64,000 nt of DNA from the NCBI GenBank assembly GCA_963761305.1, contig CAVXGK010000001.1, positions 1,120,001 through 1,184,000 of the forward strand, written 5' to 3'. Below, one piece after another: positions 40,719 through 50,404 of the stretch. The stretch's first letter is position 1. Each line of letters starts with the position of its first letter. This DNA is from an uncultured Gemmatimonadaceae bacterium (GTDB lineage: Bacteria > Gemmatimonadota > Gemmatimonadetes > Gemmatimonadales > Gemmatimonadaceae). The notes under the pieces were generated by a model, which saw only the letters and a list, made by a program, of their open reading frames with translations, searched no databases and was not told where the DNA came from. Both the position numbers and the translations under genes were made by a program.

Positions 40719-40741
40719 AGTGTTAGTCTGGAGACAATCAG

Positions 40742-40761
40742 AAGTTAGTTCACACTAACTT
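40742..40761. promoter_or_regulatory. DtxR/MntR-type operator upstream of mntH
   Basis: AAGTTAGT-TCAC-ACTAACTT, perfect arms, AT-rich island 24 bp upstream of the start. Confidence 0.75.
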
Positions 40762-40799
40762 TCTGGCAAGGGAGATCCGGTGCGTGATGTCCCCGTCTG

Positions 40800-40982
40800 C
40801 TACCTCTCGGGCAGCTCTCGAATCCATCGGTCGATTCCGTCGGCCACGCGCGGGTCCGTCTCGCCTGGGTACCCGAACGCGTCCGGGACCGTAACCTCGG
40901 GCGGCACGACCTTGAACATGTGCGTCACGTCGGGCACAAAGAGGTAGGTAGTCTGCGCGCCGCTGCCGGGGCGCGCGCGCAA
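40800..40982 (-). pseudogene. Possible C-terminal remnant of an alpha/beta hydrolase
   Basis: LFVPDVTHMFK...DPRVADGIDRWI resembles the catalytic-His region and last helix. Confidence 0.4.
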
Positions 40983-41011
40983 TGCGTCGCGCGACGGCGA
41001 ACGCGGCTGGA

Positions 41012-41446
41012 CTATCCGGCGCGAACAACCCTCTCCAGAACCGGAAGAGCGTTCGATAGCGCGGAGCGCTCCGACTTCGACAGCGCGGCGAGCGAAGCGG
41101 CGAGCGTAGCGACGCGGCGTCGGCGGCCCGCGTGGAGCAGCTTGATCCCCTGTGGCGTGGCGGCGACGCGCGAGATGCGGCCGTCCGTCGGGTCCGACGC
41201 ACGCTCCACGAGGCCCGCCGCCTCGAGTTTGTCGACCAAACGCGTGATCGTCGGCGGCCGGACCTGCTCGGCGGTCGCCAAGGCGCCGAGCGTGAGCGGG
41301 CCGCCGAAGACGATCACCGAGAGCGCCGACAACTGCGGCGCGGGGAGGCCGGAGGCATCGTCTTCCCGGCGGAGACGGCGCAGGAGATGGATCGCCGAAG
41401 AGTGGAGCCGGTCGGCGAGGTCGTGGGTCGACGCGGTGCTTGTCAT
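41012..41446 (-). CDS. MarR family regulator
   Basis: QLSALS, LATAEQVRPPTITRLVDKLE, DPTDGR. Confidence 0.92.
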   Translation of the reverse strand: MTSTASTHDLADRLHSSAIHLLRRLRREDDASGLPAPQLSALSVIVFGGPLTLGALATAEQVRPPTITRLVDKLEAAGLVERASDPTDGRISRVAATPQGIKLLHAGRRRRVATLAASLAALSKSERSALSNALPVLERVVRAG

Positions 41447-41488
41447 TAGCTCGGCTAAGTATTATGATCGATCGTTAGCTGAACTAAC
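41446..41488. promoter_or_regulatory. Two MarR-type palindromes between divergent genes
   Basis: TTAGCTCGGCTAA (41446-41458) and GTTAGCTGAACTAAC (41474-41488). Confidence 0.7.
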
Positions 41489-41545
41489 TAATTACGCAGG
41501 CTGCCCGGCGGCAAGATCGGGCGGCGTTCACCGGAGGGTTCGACC

Positions 41546-41923
41546 GTGGCAAACCTCGCCAAATCCCGCATCGGCCAGATCGCCGTCGTCTGCAAGAACG
41601 TCGCGCGCGCCTCCACATTCTATCGCGACGTGCTCGGGCTCCCACACCTGTTCGACGCGGGGCCGAATCTGTCGTTCTTCAACTGCGGCGGAACACGACT
41701 CATGCTGACCACGGCGGAGCGGCCGCAAGACGACCACCTCAGCTCGATTCTCTATTACTTCGTCGAGAACATCGAGGGGGTCCAGAGTGAACTGGAGAGC
41801 AAGGGCGTGCATTTCACCAACGCGGCGCACCTGGTCGCGAAGATGCCGGACCACGAGCTGTGGCTCTCTGAGTTCAGCGACTCCGAAGGCAACGCGCTGG
41901 CGCTGATGGAAGAAAAGCGATAG
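41546..41923 (+). CDS. VOC/glyoxalase family protein
   Basis: IGQIAV, FYRDVLGL, DSEGNALALM. Confidence 0.9.
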   Translation: MANLAKSRIGQIAVVCKNVARASTFYRDVLGLPHLFDAGPNLSFFNCGGTRLMLTTAERPQDDHLSSILYYFVENIEGVQSELESKGVHFTNAAHLVAKMPDHELWLSEFSDSEGNALALMEEKR

Positions 41924-41932
41924 GCGCGTTGC

Positions 41933-42589
41933 TCACTTCCCGGCCAAACAGATCCCCACTTTGAACGGTGGCAGCCCCGCGTCCTCTCGCCGCATGTCCG
42001 CGTGCGCCGAGTCTTCCATCGGCGCCAGCTCGACCTTGCCGTGGGCGCCGACCTTGAATTGCGTGCCGTAGATCTGCTTGCGGCCCCAGACGAGCCGCAT
42101 GCGATCCTCGAACGTCGCGACATCGGCCGCCGGCGATTCGGACGGGCCCGCTTCCATCATGCGATGCAGCACATTGCGCGCGAGGCCCGTGTCGCTCTGT
42201 GAGAGCAGATACACCGCGTGCACGCCCGCCGCGCCGACGACGCTGCGCGTCGGCCACGTGCTCCCGCGCTGCGCGGCCAGCGCCTTGAGCTGCGCCGTCA
42301 TCTGCGCGGCCGTCGCACCGAGCGCCGGTTCCCTGCCCTCCACCTGCACGCCGAGTTGCACCGGCGCCGCGAGCGCGGATCCGAGACCGGCGGCCCGCAA
42401 CAGCGCCGTGCGGAGCGTGTCGTCGCTCCAATCGTGCTTGGAGTCGTCGAAGAACTCGGCTTGTCGCTGCACCCACGCGTCGCCGGGCTTCCAATTGCAC
42501 TCCTGCGCCGACGTCCTGGCCGATATGGACTGGGCGCTCGCGGCGAGCGGCGCGAGAGCGAGCGCGGCGAGTGGGAGCATGCGGTTCAT
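41933..42589 (-). CDS. Secreted DUF6624-like protein
   Basis: Signal peptide; WPTRSVVG, EDR...KQIYGTQ, RREDAGLPP. Confidence 0.7.
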   Translation of the reverse strand: MNRMLPLAALALAPLAASAQSISARTSAQECNWKPGDAWVQRQAEFFDDSKHDWSDDTLRTALLRAAGLGSALAAPVQLGVQVEGREPALGATAAQMTAQLKALAAQRGSTWPTRSVVGAAGVHAVYLLSQSDTGLARNVLHRMMEAGPSESPAADVATFEDRMRLVWGRKQIYGTQFKVGAHGKVELAPMEDSAHADMRREDAGLPPFKVGICLAGK

Positions 42590-43314
42590 TGGGCCATCGG
42601 CGTCACGGTGTAGTCGTCGAACTCGATCATGCTGTCCGTCTTGGACCACACGCCGATCTTGCCGGAGACCGGATGCGGCAGCGTGTAGTCGTGCATCGGC
42701 TTGTCGTCGAGCCACGATTTGAGCGACGTGCCGTGGACGCTGATCTTGAGCGTGTGCCACGTCCCGAGTTCCAGCGGCGTGAGCGTCGGCGCGCGATTCA
42801 CGAACTTCCGCACCCCGTTGTTGAACGTCCACAACACGACGTTGTCCTCGGTGCCATTGTAGCGAACCGTGAGATAGTCGCCGTTGGGCTTGACGTCGAA
42901 CAAGATGCCGGCGCACCGGTCGAGCGTGCCGCCGAGCATCTGGAAGCGAACCGAGATCTCGCCGTTCTCGAAGTTGTCGAGGCCTTTGTAGACGGCGATC
43001 GGATAGTACGCGAACGCCTTGATGCTCTCGATGAAATCCTCGTTGCGCGCGCCGTACAGCTCGCGCGCCTTGTCGGCGAGTCCGCCCGCCGGCTGTCCGC
43101 GCTTCCACACGCGACCGTCGATGAACAGCACCTTGTGGCCGGCGTCCTCCGACATCACCCAGCTGCCGACCATCGGCGCGAACGACTTGGGCTCCTTCCC
43201 CACCGCCTCGCTCGCGAAGCTCACGCGCTTCGTCGCCGACGCATCCGCCGGCGCTTGCGCCGCGGCCACGCCCGCGACCAACAGCAGACCGCCGGTCAGC
43301 ATTCCATTCCGCAT
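42586..43314 (-). CDS. Secreted concanavalin-like / DUF1080-type domain protein
   Basis: Signal peptide; AGILF, WHTLKISV, SGKIGVW...FDD. Confidence 0.7.
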   Translation of the reverse strand: MRNGMLTGGLLLVAGVAAAQAPADASATKRVSFASEAVGKEPKSFAPMVGSWVMSEDAGHKVLFIDGRVWKRGQPAGGLADKARELYGARNEDFIESIKAFAYYPIAVYKGLDNFENGEISVRFQMLGGTLDRCAGILFDVKPNGDYLTVRYNGTEDNVVLWTFNNGVRKFVNRAPTLTPLELGTWHTLKISVHGTSLKSWLDDKPMHDYTLPHPVSGKIGVWSKTDSMIEFDDYTVTPMAQ

Positions 43315-43373
43315 TCCGAAAACCTCGTCGAAAACGCCCGTCATCGGCCACCTACCACTCGAACAGACAATCC

Positions 43374-44735
43374 TCAACTGACGACCGCCGCCGCAGCATC
43401 TCGCCGCCGACGTCCCTTCGGCCGAGCGACGAGCCACCACGCAACGATCACCAACATCGGCCACGCCACGAAGAATATCCACGGCGCCGCCGCGACCCGC
43501 TTCGCCAACGGATATCCTCGATACGCCGGCTCGTCAACCGGCGTTGGCGCCGCGACGCCGGCGAGCCCGTACACCGTCTCGAGCACGATCTCCTCGGTGG
43601 TCGATCGATTCATCTCGCGGCGCCCGCCAAGCTCGTACCACACTTCGCCATAGTGGCCGCTCGAATTCTCGAACAACCCGCTGCGACTCTGCGCCGCGTA
43701 GTCGACGGTCACCGATCGCATCGTCCGGCGCAGTTTGGCGAGCACGCCGCGATCGAGATCGGTCAGGCGGGGATCCTCGGCGGCCAGATAGACCGTGACG
43801 GTGAGCGGCGCGTCGATGCGACGCAACACGGCGTCGTCGGCGCGCGAAAAGGAATTGCGGCGATCTTCGCTCACGTCGCGGTCGACGCGAACGTGCGCGA
43901 ACAACACGCAGGCGAGCGACGCCGCGATCAGCGTCGCCGCGACGCCGATCACCCGGCGCGTCACGCTGCGTCCTTCGCGCAGCCACGCGGCGGCCACGCC
44001 GAGCCCCGCGACGCCGATCGTCGCCAGCACCAGCACCGTGGAGACGCGCAAGTCGCCGTGCTCGAACGACGCCAGCGCGGACGTCGGCGTGTACTGCGCG
44101 ATCGCGGCGATCGTGCCGCCGCGCGCGGCGGCCACATAGTCGAGCGCCCATGTCCCGATCGTTACCGTGAGCGCGATGATCGCGGCGCTCGCGGCGCTCG
44201 CCGCGAGCGCACCGGCCGCCGCCCCGATGCCGATCGCCAGGGCGCCCCGCAGCAGGTAGCCGAGAATGACAGTGACTGTCTCCGGGGCGTATAGATGTCC
44301 ACCGATCGCCGCCCACGCCGCGAACGCGATCCCGCCGGCGATGAGCGCCACGCTCCACGCGAACAGCAACACGATGCCCTTCGCGACGATCGACGCGCCG
44401 AGTCGCGTCGGCGCCTGAAGCATGAGCGACAGCGCGCCGGTTTGCTTTTCGACCGCGACCAGCCGGATCACGACGAACGGAAACAGCAGCGTCGCGGCCA
44501 GATCGTACGCGCCGAGTGTCGGTACCACGATGCCTTCGAGCGGGCTCAGCCCCTGCGACAATGCCAACGGTCCGCCACCGATGCCGCTCGCTTCGGCGTA
44601 CAGCCCGGAAGCCGACAGAATCGCGTGGCCAACGAGCGCGCCGGTCACAATGAGCAACAGCCAGAACGCCCGTGACGCTCCCAGCTCGCGGAGTTCTTTC
44701 TCGAGGAGCCAGCGCCACTCTCTACGTGAGGGCAA
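43374..44735 (-). CDS. ABC permease fused to a GldG-like periplasmic domain
   Basis: KELREL, EKQTGAL, DVSEDRRNSFS...LRRIDAPLTVTVY. Confidence 0.8.
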   Translation of the reverse strand: MPSRREWRWLLEKELRELGASRAFWLLLIVTGALVGHAILSASGLYAEASGIGGGPLALSQGLSPLEGIVVPTLGAYDLAATLLFPFVVIRLVAVEKQTGALSLMLQAPTRLGASIVAKGIVLLFAWSVALIAGGIAFAAWAAIGGHLYAPETVTVILGYLLRGALAIGIGAAAGALAASAASAAIIALTVTIGTWALDYVAAARGGTIAAIAQYTPTSALASFEHGDLRVSTVLVLATIGVAGLGVAAAWLREGRSVTRRVIGVAATLIAASLACVLFAHVRVDRDVSEDRRNSFSRADDAVLRRIDAPLTVTVYLAAEDPRLTDLDRGVLAKLRRTMRSVTVDYAAQSRSGLFENSSGHYGEVWYELGGRREMNRSTTEEIVLETVYGLAGVAAPTPVDEPAYRGYPLAKRVAAAPWIFFVAWPMLVIVAWWLVARPKGRRRRDAAAAVVS

Positions 44736-45480
44736 GAAAAACCTCCTCGAGCCCTCCGGCCGCCAGACCGGCGCGCGCGCGCAGTTCGTCGAGCGTTCCC
44801 TCTCCGGCGACGCGTCCCGCGCTCAGCAGCACGAACCGGTCGCACACGCGCTCGGCGTCGCCCAGTTGGTGAATCGAGAGAAAGAGCGTGCGACGCGCGG
44901 TGTGTTGGCGCAGCACCGTCATCGCGTCGCGCGTCTGCCGAAGATCGAGCCCGTCGAACGGCTCGTCGAGCATCAGCAGGGGGTGCGGCGTGAGCAGGCC
45001 GATGGCGAGCATCACGCGCCGATGCTCGCCCTTGGACAGCTCGCGCAATCGCGCGTCGATGAGCGGGTCAAGTCCGAGCGCCGACGATACGGCGTCGACC
45101 TTCGCAGGCGGAGCGCCGTGCAGACCGGCGATGAAGCGCAGTGTCCACTCGACCGACTGGTCGCCCCATGGACGAACGCCGTCGGGAACGAAAAAGAGAA
45201 GCCGCTTCCGATCGTCCGGTGAAATCGGCTTCGCGTCCCGTTCGACGACGCCAAGGGTGGTGGGTGCGACTCCGGCGAGACACTGAAAGAGCGTCGTCTT
45301 GCCTGAGCCGTTCGGACCGATCAAACCGAGAATCTCGCCCGCGCGGATCGAGAAGCTCGCGCCGCGAAGCGCCCAGAACGGTCCGAAGCGCTTTGAGAGA
45401 TTGTCGGCGGTCACGACGTCGAAGGCGCGCGCCCCCGCGTGAAGTCCCTCGCGCGCGACCGGAGCGGACGCTTGTGCCAT
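44722..45480 (-). CDS. ABC transporter ATP-binding protein
   Basis: GPNGSGKTT, LSKGEHRR, LMLDEPFDGLD. Confidence 0.92.
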   Translation of the reverse strand: MAQASAPVAREGLHAGARAFDVVTADNLSKRFGPFWALRGASFSIRAGEILGLIGPNGSGKTTLFQCLAGVAPTTLGVVERDAKPISPDDRKRLLFFVPDGVRPWGDQSVEWTLRFIAGLHGAPPAKVDAVSSALGLDPLIDARLRELSKGEHRRVMLAIGLLTPHPLLMLDEPFDGLDLRQTRDAMTVLRQHTARRTLFLSIHQLGDAERVCDRFVLLSAGRVAGEGTLDELRARAGLAAGGLEEVFLALT

Positions 45481-45579
45481 TGCCGCGAATTGTCGCCGGA
45501 GGCGCGACGCGGTGCAATGGCGCGCGATCGGCGCCTCGGGTCTGGCAGCCGCGCGTCCCCGCGGCGTAGCTTGGCTGAC

Positions 45580-46317
45580 ATGCGGATTCTCCTGGCCGAG
45601 GACGACCGGCAGCTCCGACTCTCCATCGCGCGCGGCTTGCGCGAGGCCTCGTACGCGGTCGACCAGGCGGGCACGGGACCGCAGGCGCTGTTGCTCGCCT
45701 CGGCGAATCCGTACGACGCCGTGATCCTCGACGTGCTGCTGCCCGGAAAAAGCGGCGTCGTCGTGTGCTCCGACCTGCGCCGAAGCGGGAACGCGGTGCC
45801 GATTCTCGTCCTCACCGCGCTCGACGGCGTGGATCGGCGCATCGAGGGGCTCGACGCCGGCGCCGACGACTATCTCACGAAGCCGTTCGACTTCGGTGAG
45901 CTGCTGGCGCGCCTCCGGGCGCTGACGCGGCGGCGCGGCCCGGTCGCACCGGCGACGGTCGCGGTGGGCGATCTCGTGATCGACACGTTGCGCCGGACCG
46001 TGCATCGCAACCGGCGTGAGATCGCCCTCACGCGAAAGGAGTTCGCCTTCCTCCTGCATCTCGCCCGCAACGCCGGCCGCGTGATCGACCGCGCCGAGTT
46101 GATGGAGCACGTCTGGGATGATGCGCAGAACACGTACTCGAACATCATCGACGTGTACGCGAGCCGCCTGCGGCGGAAGATCGACGAAGGCGAAAAAGTG
46201 GCCCTGTTCAAGACGATTCGCGGAACGGGATTCATGCTGGACGCCCCGTCGACGCCGTCCCGGCGCGCCGCCCCCGCGCCGTTCACTCGCGCGAAGTCCA
46301 CACGCGAGCGAGGCTGA
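45580..46317 (+). CDS. OmpR-family response regulator (CusR/CopR-like)
   Basis: MRILLAEDD, ILDVLLP, GADDYLTKPF, SNIIDVY, TIRGTGF. Confidence 0.95.
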   Translation: MRILLAEDDRQLRLSIARGLREASYAVDQAGTGPQALLLASANPYDAVILDVLLPGKSGVVVCSDLRRSGNAVPILVLTALDGVDRRIEGLDAGADDYLTKPFDFGELLARLRALTRRRGPVAPATVAVGDLVIDTLRRTVHRNRREIALTRKEFAFLLHLARNAGRVIDRAELMEHVWDDAQNTYSNIIDVYASRLRRKIDEGEKVALFKTIRGTGFMLDAPSTPSRRAAPAPFTRAKSTRERG

Positions 46318-46327
46318 CGAGGTCATC

Positions 46328-47833
46328 GTGGCTCGCTGGCCGTCGACGCTGCGCGCGCGTCTCTCGCTCTGGTACACCGTGCTGCTCGGCGTCCCGCTGA
46401 TCGGGCTCGCGCTCGGCTTCTACCTCCTGTTTGCGCGAATTCTGCACGAGCGTACCGACCAGTTCCTCGACGACGCGCTCACGGCGTTCTCGCGCGAACT
46501 GGTCGCCGAGCGTCGCGCGGCGCTGTCGCCGACGGCGGCGATCCGCACCACCGTGAACGAGGTGCGGTTTCAGGAATTGCGCATCGCGGTGCTCGACAGC
46601 AGCGGTGCCGTCGTGGCGACCTCTCCGGCGAGCGAGCTTGACGCGGACGCGGACCGCGAGCACGACGCCGATAGCCGGCCGCCCGACGCGCTCAGCGAGC
46701 AAGTGGCAGCCGCATTGCGTGGACGCACACCGGCGCAGTGGCGGTCGCTAACGTTGGCCAGCGCCCACGGCGACTATCTCGTGTCGGGACGTCCGCTCAC
46801 CATCGACGGGCAGCGTTTCGTGCTCACCGGCGCGTATTCGCTGCGCGACACGGAGGCCGTGGTCGACCGCGTGCGCGAGATACTCCTCCTCGCGGTGCCA
46901 CTGATTCTTCTCGGCGCGATCACCGGCGGCTACTTCCTCGCCACGCGCAATCTGGTGCCGCTCTCGGCGATGGCGGCCCGCGCGGCGGAGATCAGTGCGG
47001 CGAACCTGCAGGATCGTCTGCCGGTGGCCGGCGGCGAGGAGCTCGCCGGCTTGGCTCGCGTCGTGAATGGGCTGCTCGATCGGCTCGAGGCGTCGTTCGG
47101 GCAGCAGCGCCGGTTCATGGCCGACGCGTCACACGAATTGCGCACGCCGACGGCGATCGTGCGGACCGAAGCCGACGTCACGCTGGCACAACCGAGTCGA
47201 CCCGAGGGCGATTATCGCGCGTCGCTCGCCGTCGTGCAGGGCGCCGCGCGCCGGATGACGCGCATCGTCGACGACCTCCTGCTGCTGGCGCGTGCCGACG
47301 CGGGCGTCACCGTGGAGCACCGCGAGCACGTCTACCTCGAGGAGGTCGTGCACGACGTCACCAGCGACGTGCGGCGGCTGGCCGAGAGTCGACGCGTGCG
47401 CGTGGAACTGGCGTCGGTGGTCGACGCGCCGATTTTCGCCGACGCCGATTTGGTCGGACGCCTCCTCCTCAATCTGCTCGACAACGCGATCAAGCACTCC
47501 CCCGAGGGGAGCGCGGTGCGGATCGAGATGGCGCGGCGCGGAAACACGTGCGAAGTGCGCGTCGCCGACGCAGGCAGCGGCATTCCAGCCGACGTGCAGC
47601 CCAAGGTCTTCGAGCGCTTCTTCCGGGCCGACGCGTCGCGGCTGGCAGGCGACCAACGGACCGCGGGTGAGCTCGAGCCTGCCGGGGCGAGCGGCGCGGG
47701 GCTCGGACTGGCCATCGCGCGGCGCATCGCCGAGGTGCACGGGGGCCGGCTCGATCTGGTCGAATCGCGGCCGGGGCGAACCGAATTTTGCCTCTCCCTG
47801 CCGCTCGATCCCGGGATCGCGCCCGCGGGCTGA
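46328..47833 (+). CDS. Sensor histidine kinase (HAMP, heavy-metal-sensor-like)
   Basis: Two TM helices, ADASHELRTP, NLLDNAIKH, GAGLGLAI. Confidence 0.93.
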   Translation: MARWPSTLRARLSLWYTVLLGVPLIGLALGFYLLFARILHERTDQFLDDALTAFSRELVAERRAALSPTAAIRTTVNEVRFQELRIAVLDSSGAVVATSPASELDADADREHDADSRPPDALSEQVAAALRGRTPAQWRSLTLASAHGDYLVSGRPLTIDGQRFVLTGAYSLRDTEAVVDRVREILLLAVPLILLGAITGGYFLATRNLVPLSAMAARAAEISAANLQDRLPVAGGEELAGLARVVNGLLDRLEASFGQQRRFMADASHELRTPTAIVRTEADVTLAQPSRPEGDYRASLAVVQGAARRMTRIVDDLLLLARADAGVTVEHREHVYLEEVVHDVTSDVRRLAESRRVRVELASVVDAPIFADADLVGRLLLNLLDNAIKHSPEGSAVRIEMARRGNTCEVRVADAGSGIPADVQPKVFERFFRADASRLAGDQRTAGELEPAGASGAGLGLAIARRIAEVHGGRLDLVESRPGRTEFCLSLPLDPGIAPAG

Positions 47834-47873
47834 ACCACCCTTGCCGGGCTTTTCCCACGCCGGTAGAATGGCG

Positions 47874-47891
47874 TTCATGAATTATTCATGA
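47874..47891 (+). promoter_or_regulatory. 11-bp-period direct repeat (OmpR-family box) upstream of the TonB receptor
   Basis: TTCATGA-ATTA-TTCATGA. Confidence 0.6.
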
Positions 47892-47933
47892 TCGCCCGTT
47901 TTCCCCCCTTCCTTCACAGAAAATCCGGACCGT

Positions 47934-50273
47934 ATGAAGCGACTCTTGTTTGCAGTGCTCCTGCTGGTCGTTCCCGTCGCGGCGCGCGCGCAGGTCACCG
48001 TGCGCGGCACGGTCGTCGACAAACAGACCGGCAATCCGGTGGCGAACGCCATCGTCACGGTGACCGGTACGACGACGGCCGCCGTGGCGAACGATTCCGG
48101 CCGGTTCGTCCTCACGTCGTCCAGCGCCGTCACGAGCCTCACCGTGACGCGCGTCGGCTACGCGGAAAAGGTCGTATCGATCACCACCGTCGAAGCGGCG
48201 CTGCGCGTCGAGATGACCGTCGCGACGGTCGAGCTACCCGGCGTCCACATCGTCGCGTCCAACCCCGCGCCGTCGACGGCGGTGCTGTCGCAGAGCGACT
48301 TGAATCGCGCCAGCGGTCTCAGTCTGTCAGACGCGATCAACACGATTCCCGGCGTGTTCATGCAGTCCCGCACGCCGTACGGCGGCGCGCACATCAACAT
48401 TCGCGGCTACTACCCGAGCGTGAGCGGCAACAGCCCGAACTCCAACGGCGAAGGCTATTCCGTTTTCCTCAACTACATCCCGATCACCGACGCCACCGGC
48501 ACGACGGTGATGGACGACATCGACTTCTCGACGCTCGGCAAGGTCGAGGTGATCAAGGGCCCCGCATCGAGCCTGTACGGTTCGTTCATCGGCGGCGCCG
48601 TGAACCTGTCGACGGCGCGCCCGACGCCGAATCAGACGAGCGCGATGCAGCAAGTGCTCACCGGCGGCGACGGGATCATGCGCACCAACTCGACGCTGAT
48701 GGGCGCCAGCGAGAACTCGGATTACGTCATCAACTACGGATTCCAGACCGACACGTCGTGGCGCCGGCACAGCCAGTCGCAAAAGACCTACGTGCGTGCG
48801 AGCGGCGACTTCGGCGTCGCCGCCAACCAGACGGTGTCGGCGTACTTCTCCTACAACCGGTCGCTCGAGGATCTCGCCGGTGAAATCGACAGCGTGGACT
48901 TCTACGCACGGCGGCCGGTGAGCGATTCGTTCTACGTCTCGAACAACTCGCACATCCAGATCACGAGCTGGTTCACCGGCGCGACGGACAACTTCCACAT
49001 CAACGACCACTTCAACAACCTGACGACGGTGTTCGTCGGCAGCCGGTTCTCCGATCAGCCGATCGCCCACGGCTTCACCGACGCGACGCAGCTCAACGGC
49101 GGCGGCCGCACGCAGTTCGGCTACATCGGCCAGCTCGGCGACGCGACGGTGAACGGCGTCCTTGGCGGCATGATGCAGCGGTCGAACGTCACCAGCGCCG
49201 GCGCCAACATCGGCCACACGGCGCCGTTCGCCGAAACGCCGAGCACCACCGAGAACTTCGCGCAGAACTTCTACCTGTTCTCCGAATGGACGTTCGGTCT
49301 GCCCTCGCAGATCACCGTGACCGGTGGCGGGTCGCTGATCTACGACACCTGGCAGGTGCACAACCTGCTGGTGGCCCAGAAGATCGCCGACACGATTCCG
49401 CCGACGCAGTGGCTCACCAAGGACTTCAAGCCGACCTTCGCGCCGCGCTTGTCGGTGACCAAGGGCCTCGGCTCCGCCGGATCGCTCTACGCCAGCTGGA
49501 GCACGGGTTTCGCGCCGCCGCTGCTCAACAGCATCACGGCCAGCAACGGCACCGTCAACACGAATCTCAAGCCGGAACGCGCCACCCAGTACGAGGTCGG
49601 CGCCCAGGGCACGCTGTTTTCGCGGCTCGGCGGCCAGATTTCGCTGTTCAACATCGACAATACGAACAAGCTGATCCAGCAATCGGTGGGCGGCGTGACG
49701 TCGACGACCAACGTCGGCGAGCAGCGCAACCGCGGCGCCGAACTGTCGGCGAGCTTCCTCGCGATCTCGGATTCCGCCGCCCCGCTGTCGACGCTTCGGC
49801 CGTGGGTGTCGTACACGTACACCGACGCGAAGTACCTCAGCTACTTCAGCGACAACAACAACACCGCGGCGACGGTGAACTTCTCCGGCAACGCGGTGGC
49901 GCGCGTCCCGAAGACGATGTACGCCCTCGGCATCGACGCGGCCTCGAACTCGGGCCTGTACTTCAATAGCACCTACAACTTCGTCGACCGCGTCCCGGTG
50001 ACGTTCGACAACTCGACGTGGGTGCATTCGTACAGCCTGCTCGGCGCGAAGATCGGCTATCGCAACACGATCAGCCACCGGTGGCTGCTCAACGCCTACG
50101 TCGGCGGCGACAACCTGACGAATCAGACGTACTACACGTTCCTGTTCGTCGGACCGAACTACGCGGGTCTCGCGCAGGCGCAGGACGGCGGGTCGGGTGA
50201 CGGCTACATCCTCCCCGGCAACCCGAACCACGTGTTCTACGCCGGTGTGAATCTTTCGTACATCATCAAATAG
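47934..50273 (+). CDS. TonB-dependent receptor with N-terminal carboxypeptidase-regulatory-like domain
   Basis: Signal peptide, VRGTVVD, INIRG, VEVIKGPASSLYG, LKPE, NLTN. Confidence 0.93.
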   Translation: MKRLLFAVLLLVVPVAARAQVTVRGTVVDKQTGNPVANAIVTVTGTTTAAVANDSGRFVLTSSSAVTSLTVTRVGYAEKVVSITTVEAALRVEMTVATVELPGVHIVASNPAPSTAVLSQSDLNRASGLSLSDAINTIPGVFMQSRTPYGGAHINIRGYYPSVSGNSPNSNGEGYSVFLNYIPITDATGTTVMDDIDFSTLGKVEVIKGPASSLYGSFIGGAVNLSTARPTPNQTSAMQQVLTGGDGIMRTNSTLMGASENSDYVINYGFQTDTSWRRHSQSQKTYVRASGDFGVAANQTVSAYFSYNRSLEDLAGEIDSVDFYARRPVSDSFYVSNNSHIQITSWFTGATDNFHINDHFNNLTTVFVGSRFSDQPIAHGFTDATQLNGGGRTQFGYIGQLGDATVNGVLGGMMQRSNVTSAGANIGHTAPFAETPSTTENFAQNFYLFSEWTFGLPSQITVTGGGSLIYDTWQVHNLLVAQKIADTIPPTQWLTKDFKPTFAPRLSVTKGLGSAGSLYASWSTGFAPPLLNSITASNGTVNTNLKPERATQYEVGAQGTLFSRLGGQISLFNIDNTNKLIQQSVGGVTSTTNVGEQRNRGAELSASFLAISDSAAPLSTLRPWVSYTYTDAKYLSYFSDNNNTAATVNFSGNAVARVPKTMYALGIDAASNSGLYFNSTYNFVDRVPVTFDNSTWVHSYSLLGAKIGYRNTISHRWLLNAYVGGDNLTNQTYYTFLFVGPNYAGLAQAQDGGSGDGYILPGNPNHVFYAGVNLSYIIK

Positions 50274-50286
50274 CCCGCAGGGAGTT

Positions 50287-50314
50287 GCAGGACGCAGGAC
50301 GCAGCACGCGGGGC
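50287..50314 (+). repeat. Degenerate heptamer tandem repeat after the stop codon
   Basis: GCAGGAC GCAGGAC GCAGCAC GCGGGGC. Confidence 0.55.
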
Positions 50315-50404
50315 GCGTCTGTTGGTGTTTGCGCAACGAGGGCCCACGTCGCACTTCCGCGGCGTGGGCGCTCGTATTTTCCGGTACCTGCTCGACGGCA
50401 CTCG

